DNA of 64,000 bases, taken from contig JBDTZG010000003.1 of NCBI GenBank assembly GCA_040005235.1, positions 96,001 through 160,000 on the forward strand, in the 5' to 3' direction. Shown in pieces: positions 1 to 9,759 of the stretch. Source of the stretch: Acidobacteriota bacterium (lineage in GTDB: Bacteria > Acidobacteriota > Thermoanaerobaculia > Multivoradales > UBA5704). Under the pieces are notes generated by a model. It did no database searches, was not told the origin of the DNA, and saw only the letters and a program-made list of their open reading frames with translations. The stretch's first letter is position 1. Each line of letters begins with the position of its first letter. The position numbers and the translations under genes were made by a program.

Positions 1-1602
1 CCCGAAGGGACGCAGCTCGCGGCGGTCTATCGGGACGTTCTCACGGGCAAGCGTGCGCTTCTATTGATGGACAACGCCTCGGGCCACGATCAGGTGGCGC
101 CATTGGTGCCGCCCACGGAATGCGCACTGCTGGTCACCTCGCGGCAGAAGTTCACGCTCCCCGGACTCGCGGTGCGGGATCTGGAGCTATTGCCTGAGAA
201 GGACGCTCGGGAACTACTGCTCGCGATCGCGCCACAGATCGGGCACCGGGCGGGCGAGATCGCGCGGCTGTGCGGGTGTCTGCCGTTCGCGTTGAGGATC
301 GCCGCAGGAACTCTCATGGAGCGGCCGGATCTTTCGGTTGAAGCGTTTGAAAAGCGCCTGGGTAGGGAAAAAGAACGGGCGGCGATCGGAGAGAAGGTGC
401 TCGGGCTGACCTATTCCCTCCTTCCTGATGCTTTTCAAGAGCGCTACCGCCAACTCTCCGTCTTCGCCGGAGATTTCGACGCCCCAGCGGCGGGCGCTGT
501 GTGGGAGCTGGGCGAGGACGAGACGGACGAAACGCTCGGCGCGTTCGTGCGCGGGAGCTTGCTCGAAGGGAAGGACGGACGCTACAAGCTCCACGACCTC
601 GCGCAGGGGTTCGCGGCGTCGCGGCTGGCGGAGGAGGAGAAGGCGCAGGGCGAGCTGCGGCATGCCGAGCACTACTGCGGCGTTCTCAACGAAGCGAACC
701 GCCATTACGAGCAAGGCAATGAGCACATCCTCGTGGGGCTCGCGTTGTTCGATCGCGAACGGCACCAGATCACTGCCGGCCAGGCGTGGGCGGCCAACAA
801 CCTCCAAACAAAGGAAGAAGCAGCGCGTCTCGCGAGCTGGTACCCGAACGCGGGCTTTCACTTTCTCTTGATGCGACTACTCCCAGGGGAATACATCGAA
901 TGGCTCGAAATGGGTCAGCAAGGGGCACGGCGAGCGGAGGACCGTAAACTGGAGGGAAGTCATCTTGGCAATCTTGGCGTCGCCTATAGGAACCTTAGCG
1001 AAAACCGGCGAGCGATCGAGCATTATTCGCAAGCCCTCGCTATCTTTCGCGAAATCGGCGATCGACGAGGTGAAGGCGGCTCCTTAGGGAACCTCGGCAA
1101 TGCCTACTATTTGCTCGGAGAAACCCGAGCTGCGATCGAGTTCTTCGAGCAGCACCTCGTCATTGCCCGAGAGATCGAAGATCGGCGCGGCGAGGGAAAC
1201 GCCCTCGGAAACCTTGGCAATGCCTTTGCCGACCTCGGAGAAACCCGGCGCGCAATCGAGTTCTACGAGCAGCAACTCGCCATCGCCAATGAGTTGGGTG
1301 ATCGGCGAGGCGAGGGGAATGCCCTAGGCAACTTAGGCCTTGCCTACGCTGCCATGGGTGAAACCCAGCGGGCGATCAATCACTACAAGCAGTACCTCGC
1401 GATCACGCGCGAGATTGGCGACCGGCGCGGCGAGGGGAACGCGTCGTGGAACCTGGGACTTGCGTACGAAGAGCAGGGAGAGCTCGCTAGGGCGGTCGAG
1501 CTGATGCAAGTCTGCGTCGATTTCGAACGGGAGATCGGGCACGTAGATGCCGAGAAGCACTCGGCGTACGTACTGGCGATTCGCGCGGGGCTGGCGGGGT
1601 GA
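1..1602 (+). CDS. NB-ARC/STAND-type ATPase with C-terminal TPR repeats (5' partial)
   Basis: Frame open from base 1 (RALLLMDNA Walker B, LLVTSR, CGCLPFAL, YKLHDL). C-terminal repeats GDRRGEGNALGNLG about five times. Confidence 0.85.
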   Translation, partial: PEGTQLAAVYRDVLTGKRALLLMDNASGHDQVAPLVPPTECALLVTSRQKFTLPGLAVRDLELLPEKDARELLLAIAPQIGHRAGEIARLCGCLPFALRIAAGTLMERPDLSVEAFEKRLGREKERAAIGEKVLGLTYSLLPDAFQERYRQLSVFAGDFDAPAAGAVWELGEDETDETLGAFVRGSLLEGKDGRYKLHDLAQGFAASRLAEEEKAQGELRHAEHYCGVLNEANRHYEQGNEHILVGLALFDRERHQITAGQAWAANNLQTKEEAARLASWYPNAGFHFLLMRLLPGEYIEWLEMGQQGARRAEDRKLEGSHLGNLGVAYRNLSENRRAIEHYSQALAIFREIGDRRGEGGSLGNLGNAYYLLGETRAAIEFFEQHLVIAREIEDRRGEGNALGNLGNAFADLGETRRAIEFYEQQLAIANELGDRRGEGNALGNLGLAYAAMGETQRAINHYKQYLAITREIGDRRGEGNASWNLGLAYEEQGELARAVELMQVCVDFEREIGHVDAEKHSAYVLAIRAGLAG

Positions 1603-1613
1603 GAGGAAGCCCA

Positions 1614-1700
1614 CTACGGGAAGTATCTGTAGATCTCTCGCCGGTGGAGAATCCTCACCAGCGTGATTTGGTCGCCTTCGATCACCAGGTCAAGCGCAGC
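1614..1700 (-). pseudogene. C-terminal remnant of a RelE/ParE-type toxin
   Basis: LVIEGDQITLVRILHRREIYRYFP resembles the RelE C-terminus (HRREIYR). Upstream part of the ORF is not toxin-like and no antitoxin is adjacent. Confidence 0.5.
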
Positions 1701-1797
1701 TTGCGGCGGACAGGGAAGGCAAGCTCCGAGGGGATCGAAGGCGGTTGATCGGGGTCTCGGCGGACGAAACAGCTGGCGTGAACTTAGGTTTACAGCT

Positions 1798-1827
1798 TTG
1801 ACCCTGCCTCTCAATACAGTTTAGATT
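1798..1827 (+). promoter_or_regulatory. possible sigma70 promoter for the ATP-grasp operon
   Basis: TTGACC-18 nt-TAGATT in an AT-richer stretch 26 nt before the GTG start. Confidence 0.3.
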
Positions 1828-1853
1828 CGCCCAGCGCTTTCGCGGCTCTACAG

Positions 1854-3062
1854 GTGGAGGATCGTAAGGTGAGGGTACTCATCCCGACCCATATCGACGA
1901 CATTCACGCGACCGCCGTGGCACTCGCCCTGCGGCGGAAGGGGCACGAGGCGGTGCTGTGGCACGGCGCCGACATGCCGACGATTCAGGCGGGGTCGATC
2001 TCGCTCGGACCCGACGAGAACGAAGCCTGGGAGGTCTCCGGCGAAGACCTCGAACTGCTGCAGCCCAACCTCGACGTCGTCTGGTACCGGCGGCCGACGA
2101 TGCCGATGCTTCCCTCCGGGGACCTCCTCCATGCCGGCGACGCGAAGATCGCCCGCCGCGAGCTTGCCGGCTTCATCACCGGCCTTTGGCAGTTCGTGGC
2201 GCCAGAGGCGTTCTGGGTCAATCCGATTCCGAGCCGGCTGCGCGCGAATTCCAAGCCCGTCCAGCTGCTCGAAGCTAAGCGCGCGGGCCTCGCGATCCCG
2301 CCCACCCTCTGCTCAAACGATCCGCGGCGGATCCGCGAGTTTCTCGCCCGCTGGCCGGGCGAGACAGTGTTCAAGCCTTTCCATCCGACCCAATGGCGGA
2401 AGCACGAAGGCATCGCGATGCTGTTCACCAGCCCGGTCGGGTTCGACGACCTGCCGGACGACGAAGTTCTGCGGCTCTGCCCCGGCATCTTCCAGCGCGC
2501 GGTCCCCAAGGCGTGCGAGCTGCGGGTGACGATGATGGGCCATCACGCGATCACCGCCCGGCTGCTGTCCCAATCGGAAGAAGCGTCGCGCCAGGACTGG
2601 CGGGCGGCGTTCGGCAAGCTGCCGATGGAGCCGGGCGAGATCCCCGAGCCGGTCGCCGCCCGCTGCCGCGAGCTGATGCGCCGGCTGGGCATCGTTTTCG
2701 GCTGCATCGACCTGATCGTGACGCCCGAGGGCGAGCACGTGTTCCTAGAAATCAACGAGATGGGGCAGTTCCTCTGGATCGACGAGATGGGGCCGGAGAT
2801 GGCGACCCTCGATGCGTTCTGCGAATTCCTGATCCACCGCCGGAGCGATTTTGAGTACCGGCCGGGACCGGTCCGGGTCGCCTTCGAGGAGGTCAAAGAA
2901 GAGGCGTTGCAATGGACCGAGGAGGACAAAAAGAGGCATCAAAATCGGCCTGATGCGTCGTTGGTCGACGACGTGCCGGCGACGGAAGGGGCGGGAGCGC
3001 ACGCCGCGGGAGGGGCTTGCGATCACGACCATCCGCATACACACCCACATCCCGCGGCCTGA
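1854..3062 (+). CDS. MvdC/MvdD-like ATP-grasp RiPP maturase (graspetide synthetase)
   Basis: Motifs VWYRRP, FWVNP, ANSKPVQL, IPPTL, FKP, PGIFQ..VPK..ELRV, DWR, FGCIDLIVTPEGEHVFLEINEMGQFLWI. His-rich tail. Confidence 0.85.
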   Translation: MEDRKVRVLIPTHIDDIHATAVALALRRKGHEAVLWHGADMPTIQAGSISLGPDENEAWEVSGEDLELLQPNLDVVWYRRPTMPMLPSGDLLHAGDAKIARRELAGFITGLWQFVAPEAFWVNPIPSRLRANSKPVQLLEAKRAGLAIPPTLCSNDPRRIREFLARWPGETVFKPFHPTQWRKHEGIAMLFTSPVGFDDLPDDEVLRLCPGIFQRAVPKACELRVTMMGHHAITARLLSQSEEASRQDWRAAFGKLPMEPGEIPEPVAARCRELMRRLGIVFGCIDLIVTPEGEHVFLEINEMGQFLWIDEMGPEMATLDAFCEFLIHRRSDFEYRPGPVRVAFEEVKEEALQWTEEDKKRHQNRPDASLVDDVPATEGAGAHAAGGACDHDHPHTHPHPAA

Positions 3063-3161
3063 GCCGTTGGCTTCGGGAGCCGGGTGCAGGCCGACTTTAA
3101 ACCGATCGCCCCAAAGGGCGGTCAAAACCACGCGAAGGATCGACGCGAGAGGAGAAGACCG

Positions 3162-3386
3162 ATGAAAAAGCTCGAGCGCAACAACCGAATCCTCGGACGG
3201 GGACTGGCCAAGGAGCTTTGCCCCACCGAGCTGTGCAACGTCACGGGCGGCGTGGACGACGCGGCCGGAACGCCCACCCGTTGCGTGATCATTGCGCACA
3301 CCCATTCGGCCACGATGCATGACGACTGCTACGTTGCGGCCACCGACACCGACGAGGCCGTTCCGGCCGAGGAAGCCGCTCTCTAA
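3162..3386 (+). CDS. putative RiPP precursor, 74 aa, double-glycine-type leader
   Basis: RBS GAGGAG before ATG. Leader ends ELCPTELCNVTGG. Core rich in T/S/D/E. Directly downstream of the ATP-grasp gene. Confidence 0.75.
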   Translation: MKKLERNNRILGRGLAKELCPTELCNVTGGVDDAAGTPTRCVIIAHTHSATMHDDCYVAATDTDEAVPAEEAAL

Positions 3387-3459
3387 TCCCAATTCCCGAT
3401 CCAACTCTTGACCCGGTGGCGTCCTCCCGCGCCCTCGGGCCTCCTTCCCCGCCACGGGG

Positions 3460-4359
3460 CTAGCGCTCGTCCTTTTCTTTCCGCTCCTTCGGGGCGCCGC
3501 CGGTCAACCGCTCGGCGTACTCAGCGAGCGGACCGAGACCTACCTCCGCACGGCGCCGATCGACGTGCTCGGCATCCTCGATCGGAAACGGTTCGAGCCT
3601 ACCCGCCACCTCGCGAAACTGCGTGCCGTAAACCTGCGGCTCGCCCGCGGCCATCCGCACCCGGTCGGTCAGATAGGCGAGCTGCGAGGGCGCGGCGTCG
3701 CCGCGGGCGAGCGCTTCGCCCAGCCGCGTGAGGCAGAGGCGCTGAAAGACCGGGTCGGAGTCCGCGTGCTGCGCCAACAGGAACGCGGCCTGGGCGCCAT
3801 CGGCTCCGACGAGGGCCCGGCCGGGCCAGCCGCGTTGCGCCACGATGTCGCGAAACCGCGCGAGGTTCCGGCCATCGACTTCGGCGACCCGCTCGGCCTG
3901 TTCGAGCGTCGGCACATCGCCGAGCGCGGCGCGCGCGGCCTGGTCGTCGGCCGTCATACGCAGCAGCTCGTCGTGGAGCACGCGGTCGCCGAGCGCGGCG
4001 AGGCGTTCTTCCTCGCGTCGGCGGACGGCCTCGACGGCGGGCGCCCAGCGCGGATCGGCCGTCAACGAGGAAAGATCGGAATCCTTCAGAAGGTGCTCGG
4101 CATTCGCGTAGCCGCGCGCGACCGCGAGATCGAGGAATCGGAAGGCGGCGTCCCGATCGCCCGTGCGCGCGAACGCGCAGGCGGCGTTGTAAGCATCTTC
4201 CGGCCGCGAGGCGCCCGCGGCGACGGCGGCGGCGAACAGCTCGCCCGCGGCGGAGAACTCCTCGCGGCGGAACGCGTTGCGCGCTTGCCGGTTGAGGTCG
4301 CTGGGATCGGTGGACAGGGTCATCAGCCAGAAGAGGGCGGCGAAAAGGCGCGGCGTCAC
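3460..4359 (-). CDS. DUF6624-family secreted protein with N-terminal TPR-like segment
   Basis: YNAACAFAR; DQAAR..DGRN..GWPG..QHAD..YLTDRVR..PQVYGTQF. Confidence 0.8.
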   Translation of the reverse strand: MTPRLFAALFWLMTLSTDPSDLNRQARNAFRREEFSAAGELFAAAVAAGASRPEDAYNAACAFARTGDRDAAFRFLDLAVARGYANAEHLLKDSDLSSLTADPRWAPAVEAVRRREEERLAALGDRVLHDELLRMTADDQAARAALGDVPTLEQAERVAEVDGRNLARFRDIVAQRGWPGRALVGADGAQAAFLLAQHADSDPVFQRLCLTRLGEALARGDAAPSQLAYLTDRVRMAAGEPQVYGTQFREVAGRLEPFPIEDAEHVDRRRAEVGLGPLAEYAERLTGGAPKERKEKDER

Positions 4360-4481
4360 GACGGCTCCCCAAGGGTTCCGGATCCGAAATCCTATCCCGG
4401 GGCCGAAGTGCGGCGCCAGGGTTTGGGACCCCGGGCCTCTTCGGTCCGAACGAGCCCGCGTTGGACCTGGACGAATAGCGA

Positions 4482-4859
4482 CTACGGCGCCAGCGCCCAG
4501 AGCTCCGTGCCGGCGTGGGTGTCATACCAGGGAAAGAAGATCCGCTGGCCGGCGCGAACGAAGTCCCGGCGATCCGTGCCCTGAAAAAGTCCGAGCCGGC
4601 GCACGGTGCCGGCCCGCGTGCCGTCCCCGCCGATCCCGGCGAAGAAAAAGCCTCGGTTGCCGGCCGGCATGAGAGTTCGCGGAAAAGAACCGCTGTCCTG
4701 AGCGGTGTTCAGGTCGGCGACCAGAGAGGTCCCCGCGACGGTACCGTCCGAAACCCAGGGCTCCGGCCCGTGAACCTCGTCGGTCAGACGAAAAAACGCG
4801 GCCCCCGGCGGAGGCGCCGTAGGAAACGCCAAGAGACGAGGCGAACGGATCGTCTTCAC
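4482..4859 (-). pseudogene. ELWxxDGT-repeat protein fragment
   Basis: HGPEPWVSDGTVAGTSLVADL and C-terminal HAGTELWAL. Much shorter than usual for this family; a further EPWK-like piece lies upstream in another frame. Confidence 0.55.
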
Positions 4860-5022
4860 CTACGAGCCGACGGGTACCGCCTGCCGGACTCACGCCGACG
4901 AACCAGAGCCGACCGCCTTCCACGGCTCCGAACGATTCCACACCCCGGGCAGGCACCGGGGCAGACGTCGATCCAGCGCGATCCCGCCGGCGTACCGTCG
5001 ACACGCGCAAGCCTTCGAAGTG

Positions 5023-5043
5023 TGTGAAATCGATATTTTCACA
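5023..5043. promoter_or_regulatory. palindromic operator candidate upstream of the ADOP permease
   Basis: TGTGAAA-N7-TTTCACA in an AT-rich patch. Confidence 0.35.
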
Positions 5044-5142
5044 TTTTTTGTGCTCAAAGCCCCGCGTGTGATCTTTTGCGGTCCCCTTGCCGCCACCTCG
5101 AATTCGCGCCAGGATGGGTCCAACATTCGAGGAGGTCCGCCC

Positions 5143-7599
5143 ATGCCTTCGCTCGCACCGGCCGTTCGTCAGTTGTTCCGCCGTCCGCCGATCGGCGCCA
5201 CTTTGGCGCTCGCCGCCGGACTCGCCGGTTCGCTCGTGCTGCTCGCGGTGGCGGACGCGATGCTGTTTCACCCTTTGCCTGGGGTGGTGCATCCGGAACG
5301 GTTGTTTACCATCGCGCAGCCGAATCTTTCCTACCTGTCGCTACGCGATTTCACCGCGGCGGCAGAGGCGCGCGGCACCGGGATCGAAGGGTTCGCCGGC
5401 TATTCCCACCGGTCGTTCGCGCTGGAGATCGATGGCGAGCCGGTGCGCCTGCTAGGCGCTGCGGTCGTGGGAAATTACTTCCCGCTGCTCGGCGCGCACG
5501 CCGCAGAAGGCCGCCTGCTCGGCTCGATCGACGACGCGCCGGACGCGGCGCCCGCGGTCGTTCTCTCCTCCGCGCTCTGGCGTTCCCGATTCGGTGGCCG
5601 GGCCGACGTAGTAGGCCGACCGGTCCGCCTGAACGGCGTGACGTTCGAGGTCGTGGGCATTGTCGCGCCGCCGTTCCGCGGCTTGACGCGCGAGCACGAC
5701 CCGGCGCTTTGGGTCTCGGCTTCGGCCTGGATGCGCTCCGCCCCGCGTTCGTTCGCCAGCCTTGGGCTCGGCACGCGCAGCTGGAGCTGGCTGCGCGCGT
5801 TCGGCCGCCTGGCGCCCGACGGCAATTTCGCCCGCGCGACGGCGGTGCTGAACGCCGAGGCGAAGCGGCAGGAGAGCGCCTATCCGGACGACACGCGAAA
5901 AGGCTTCGAGGTCGAGCTGGCTCCCGCCGAGCGTTTCGCCGCCGGATTCGGCTCAGCGCGCACGGCCAACACCGCCGAGGGCGCGCTGGGCGCCCTGGTC
6001 GCCCTCTTGGTGGCGCTCTCGGTCGCGAGCGCCGCGCATTTGTTCCTTGCCCGCGGCGAGGCGCGCCGCCGTGAGCTTTCGACCCGTCTGGCGCTCGGCG
6101 CCAATCGGCGGGCGCTCGCCGCCCTGCTGCTCGCCGAGCCGATCGCGGCTTCGCTCGCCTCCGCGGCGCTTGCGGTCCTGGCGGCACGCGGCCTGCTCGC
6201 CCTGCTCGCCGAGTGGTACCTGCCCGGCGGAATGCGCCTGGGAGATCTCGGCTTGGCCATCGACCCGCGCGTGGCGGCGTCCGGCTTCGCGCTCGCCCTG
6301 TTCGCCGGGCTCGCCGCGGGATGGCTCCCCGCGCGACGCCTGCTCGGCACCGATCTCGCCCGCGCGCTCGCGGCCCGCTCGATCGGCGATCGAACCGCCT
6401 CGCGCAGCCGCCGCGGTCTCGCCGCGGCCCAGGTGGCGGTCGCCCTCGTGCTGGTCGCGGCGACTGCGCTCGCGGCCCGAGCGCTCTCCCGCGCGGCGCA
6501 GGTCGAAACCGGCTTCGATGGCGAAAAAATAGGCTTTGCCACGCTCGACCCTGGGCTCGCGCGACTGCCCGGCGAACAGGTGGCGGCGCTCCGCGGCGAA
6601 GCGCTCGCGGCGGTCCGAGCGCTACCGCAGGTGGCGAGCGCCTCCCTCGTCTCCTTGCTGCCGCTCGACCACGGCGCCGATAGCGAGACGTTGTCGATCG
6701 AAGGGTATATTCCGGCGCCCGACGAACAGGTGGAGGCGGAGATTCAGCTCGTCGGCCCCGGAGCGCTGTCCACCCTTGGCACCCGCATGGTCGCCGGCCG
6801 CGAGCTGGACGAGCGCGACCGCCAAGGCACGGAACGCACGGCGGTCGTCTCGCGCTCTTTTGCCAACAGGTATTTCTCCGCCAGGGGGGCCGGCAAAGGT
6901 ACCGGCCGCCATGAAGCGCTCGGAGCCCGGCTCGAAATGTTCGCCGGCCCGGCAACGATCGTCGGCATCGCGGAAGACGTCCACGCCCACGGGCTCGGAG
7001 AGATGCAGCCGCCCGCCGTCTATCTGGCGTTCGCCCAGCTCCCCGCCGACAAGGCGCCGGAGAGCTTCTCGGTGATTTACCGCGCCCGCACCTCCGCGGC
7101 CGAAGCCCTACCCGAAGTCCACGCCGCGCTGCTCGCCGCGGCCCCCAGCGCACCGATCTCGCCGGAAGGTACGTTTGCCGACCTCTACGCCGCAACCGTC
7201 GCGCCGCAACGCCTGGCCGCCGCCCTGTTCGGCCTTTTCGGAGGGATCGGAACCCTCCTCGCCGCGAGCGGCCTCTACGGCCTCGTCGCCTTCGCCGCCG
7301 CCGCCCGAACCCGCGAGATCGGCCTGCGCATGGCGCTCGGCGCCCGTCCCTCGGGCATTCTTCGCCTGGTCGCGGCCGACGCCCTCCGGCCGGCGATCCT
7401 AGGCACGCTGATCGGAGCGGCGCTCGCTGTACCGCTCGCGTTCGCCGCCCGCGGCGTCGCCTACGGCCTCGAAGGCTTCGATCCTCTGGCGCTAGCAGTC
7501 GCCGCCGCGATTCTCCTCGCCGCCGCAGGGCTGGCGGTGATCCGCCCGGCACGGGCGGCGGCGAAAGCCGATCCGACCGCGGCGCTGCGGGCGGAGTGA
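5143..7599 (+). CDS. ADOP/MacB-FtsX duplicated ABC permease
   Basis: RBS GAGGAGG. Duplicated RRRELSTRLALGA / RTREIGLRMALGA motifs. Ends DPTAALRAE. Confidence 0.9.
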   Translation: MPSLAPAVRQLFRRPPIGATLALAAGLAGSLVLLAVADAMLFHPLPGVVHPERLFTIAQPNLSYLSLRDFTAAAEARGTGIEGFAGYSHRSFALEIDGEPVRLLGAAVVGNYFPLLGAHAAEGRLLGSIDDAPDAAPAVVLSSALWRSRFGGRADVVGRPVRLNGVTFEVVGIVAPPFRGLTREHDPALWVSASAWMRSAPRSFASLGLGTRSWSWLRAFGRLAPDGNFARATAVLNAEAKRQESAYPDDTRKGFEVELAPAERFAAGFGSARTANTAEGALGALVALLVALSVASAAHLFLARGEARRRELSTRLALGANRRALAALLLAEPIAASLASAALAVLAARGLLALLAEWYLPGGMRLGDLGLAIDPRVAASGFALALFAGLAAGWLPARRLLGTDLARALAARSIGDRTASRSRRGLAAAQVAVALVLVAATALAARALSRAAQVETGFDGEKIGFATLDPGLARLPGEQVAALRGEALAAVRALPQVASASLVSLLPLDHGADSETLSIEGYIPAPDEQVEAEIQLVGPGALSTLGTRMVAGRELDERDRQGTERTAVVSRSFANRYFSARGAGKGTGRHEALGARLEMFAGPATIVGIAEDVHAHGLGEMQPPAVYLAFAQLPADKAPESFSVIYRARTSAAEALPEVHAALLAAAPSAPISPEGTFADLYAATVAPQRLAAALFGLFGGIGTLLAASGLYGLVAFAAAARTREIGLRMALGARPSGILRLVAADALRPAILGTLIGAALAVPLAFAARGVAYGLEGFDPLALAVAAAILLAAAGLAVIRPARAAAKADPTAALRAE

Positions 7600-7647
7600 G
7601 GGATTAGGAGCCGCAGACACTGGACGCCCTGCGGTACTCTTGGAGTG

Positions 7648-8331
7648 ATGAACGAGGAGATCCGGGACTGGGAGCGCTTGTTGGCCGCCGAACGCCATCT
7701 CCAGGCGCTCATTCCCACCGCTGTCCTGGTGGGCGGCACGGCGGCGGCGCTGCATGCCGGTCATCGTATTAGCCTCGACGGCGACCATGTGGTGACCGAT
7801 CTGCGCGAACGCTTTGACCAAGTCCTATCGGACCTCGAAGCGATCTCCGGCTGGAAAACCAAGCGGGTACGACCGCCCGTCCTCATCCTCGGTAGGCTCG
7901 ACGGAATCCTCACCGGGATCCGCCAGCTGCGTCGCGTCCGGCCTCTAGAAACAGAGGAGGTGGCGGGCTTGCGGGTTCCAACTCTCGCCGAGATGGCGCG
8001 GATCAAGGCCTGGCTGTTGGTGACCCGAGTCACCACTCGCGATTATCTCGACACCGTCGTGCTTTTCGAGCGCCTCGGCGAGCAGGGAACGCGCAGCGCG
8101 CTCGCCGATCTCGATGAAATCTATCCGCAAAAAAACGGCGCATCGGTGCTCACCGAGGTCATCGAGCGTCTGGGCGCCGCCCAGCCGGCCGACGCGGCGC
8201 GAATCGAACTCTCCGGATATCGCGGTTTACAAGCTCCGTGGAACGATTGGCACTATCTGGCGGGGCGGGGCCGCGATTGGGCGCAAACACTCTCTACGAT
8301 GATCTTGAAGCGCGACGAAGAACTCCAATGA
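7648..8331 (+). CDS. AbiEii-like nucleotidyltransferase (type IV TA toxin family)
   Basis: LVGGTAAALHAGHRISLDGD, K....RxxxRDYLD motifs. Confidence 0.75.
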   Translation: MNEEIRDWERLLAAERHLQALIPTAVLVGGTAAALHAGHRISLDGDHVVTDLRERFDQVLSDLEAISGWKTKRVRPPVLILGRLDGILTGIRQLRRVRPLETEEVAGLRVPTLAEMARIKAWLLVTRVTTRDYLDTVVLFERLGEQGTRSALADLDEIYPQKNGASVLTEVIERLGAAQPADAARIELSGYRGLQAPWNDWHYLAGRGRDWAQTLSTMILKRDEELQ

Positions 8332-8624
8332 GCTTCGACCTATCCCGCTCGCAGGCCTTGTGGAACCGGAACAGCCTCAACCTCGAAAGCGACGAGGTGT
8401 TGACGCAGATCCTCGATCGGGGCGAGATAGAAGCCTGGCGGGAGATCTATCGCTTGGCGTCCGGTTCCGAGCCGTCGGCGGTGGCACTACGGAAGCGAAT
8501 CGTCCACATCTGCCGTACGGTCCCGATTGGCTTTCCGCATTTCTTCCTTGCCGCCATGGGCTCTCTCGGCGAACGGCTCGAGCCCTATCCGGAAGTACCG
8601 CCGCCGATGGACGATATTGCCTGA
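8328..8624 (+). CDS. small helical partner of the nucleotidyltransferase (DUF6922-like)
   Basis: ATGA overlap with the upstream stop. ALWN..QILDRGEIEAWR pattern. Confidence 0.6.
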   Translation: MSFDLSRSQALWNRNSLNLESDEVLTQILDRGEIEAWREIYRLASGSEPSAVALRKRIVHICRTVPIGFPHFFLAAMGSLGERLEPYPEVPPPMDDIA

Positions 8625-8740
8625 CGTCACGATTCTCCTTTCCAGTGCCGTTGGGTTAAATGCAAACCCAAAGCCATCATTCGACCGCCTGGCCTATTCT
8701 GCGCGTACTATTCAATCGCGGGGCGACCTCAGGAGGATTC

Positions 8741-9718
8741 ATGCGCGGATGCCTCAAGATTGCGTTCTTTGGCATCGTACTTCCGCTGATCGTATTCGCG
8801 GGTCTCGGGTTTTGGGCACTTCGTCACAAGTTGCCGACCGAGCCACAATTGCCCGGCAAGGTCGAGCGCGGCGCGCTTGAGCATGGGAGACACAGGCGAA
8901 CGTGGATCGCGTATGTCCCCACGAAGCCGCAGGCGCATCCGGCGCTGGTGTTCGCGCTGCACGGCTCGATGGGCACGACGGAGCAGGCGCGCCAGGTCTA
9001 CGGATACGACTTCGATCGGCTCGCGGAAGAGCATGGTTTCATCGCGGTCTATCCGCAGGGGTACGAAGGCCACTGGAACGACTGCAGAGTGAAGGGGCCG
9101 TTCGCCGCGAAGATCGAGAACGTCGACGACGTGGGCTTCCTCCATGCGCTCGTCGATCGCCTCGTGAAGGATCATGATGCCGACCGCGAGCACGTCTACG
9201 TGACTGGCGTATCGAATGGCGGCGCGATGACGATTCGTCTCGCTCTGCAGACGCCGGGTTTCGCGCGCGCGTATGCCGCCGTCGTCGCCAGCATGCCCGC
9301 GCCGGAGAACCTCGCCGTCACGCCGAAGGGCGAGCCGGTGTCGATACTCCTCATGAACGGCACCGCCGACCCTTTCAATCCGTGGGACGGCGGAGATGTC
9401 GTGCTTTACGGCGTGTATGGAAACCGCGGGCCCGTCCTCTCCGCGCAGGCGAGCATCGACTACTTCCTCAAGCTCGACGGACTCGGCGGTCCTCCGGCAA
9501 CGACGCAATTTCCCGACACCGACGCGAACGATGGCAGCACCGCTGAAAGCCAACGCTGGACCGCCCCCGGCAAACGCAACGTAACGCTTATCAAGATTCA
9601 AGGCGGCGGTCACGCCCTGCCCCATCCCGCCACGCAAGGCCCGCGCTTGCTCGGCAGCTCCAACCGTGACTTCCACGCCGCGAACGAGATTTGGGACTTT
9701 TTCCAGCAGGCACCGTGA
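8741..9718 (+). CDS. PHB-depolymerase/LpqC-family alpha/beta esterase
   Basis: RBS AGGAGG; LVFALHG, YPQG..WND, DDVGFL, GVSNGG nucleophile elbow, NGTADP, GGGH. Confidence 0.85.
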   Translation: MRGCLKIAFFGIVLPLIVFAGLGFWALRHKLPTEPQLPGKVERGALEHGRHRRTWIAYVPTKPQAHPALVFALHGSMGTTEQARQVYGYDFDRLAEEHGFIAVYPQGYEGHWNDCRVKGPFAAKIENVDDVGFLHALVDRLVKDHDADREHVYVTGVSNGGAMTIRLALQTPGFARAYAAVVASMPAPENLAVTPKGEPVSILLMNGTADPFNPWDGGDVVLYGVYGNRGPVLSAQASIDYFLKLDGLGGPPATTQFPDTDANDGSTAESQRWTAPGKRNVTLIKIQGGGHALPHPATQGPRLLGSSNRDFHAANEIWDFFQQAP

Positions 9719-9759
9719 CGAGGTAACCGCTACTACGCGCCGGGCCATCGGAAGACATC

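Noticed and set aside
1-1602. Avs-type antiphage STAND protein
   Set aside because: The N-terminal effector lies outside the window and NB-ARC-TPR proteins are widespread, so it cannot be assigned.
5143-7599. ADOP permease as the graspetide exporter
   Set aside because: Separated by unrelated opposite-strand genes, and such permeases are abundant orphans, so no link is supportable.
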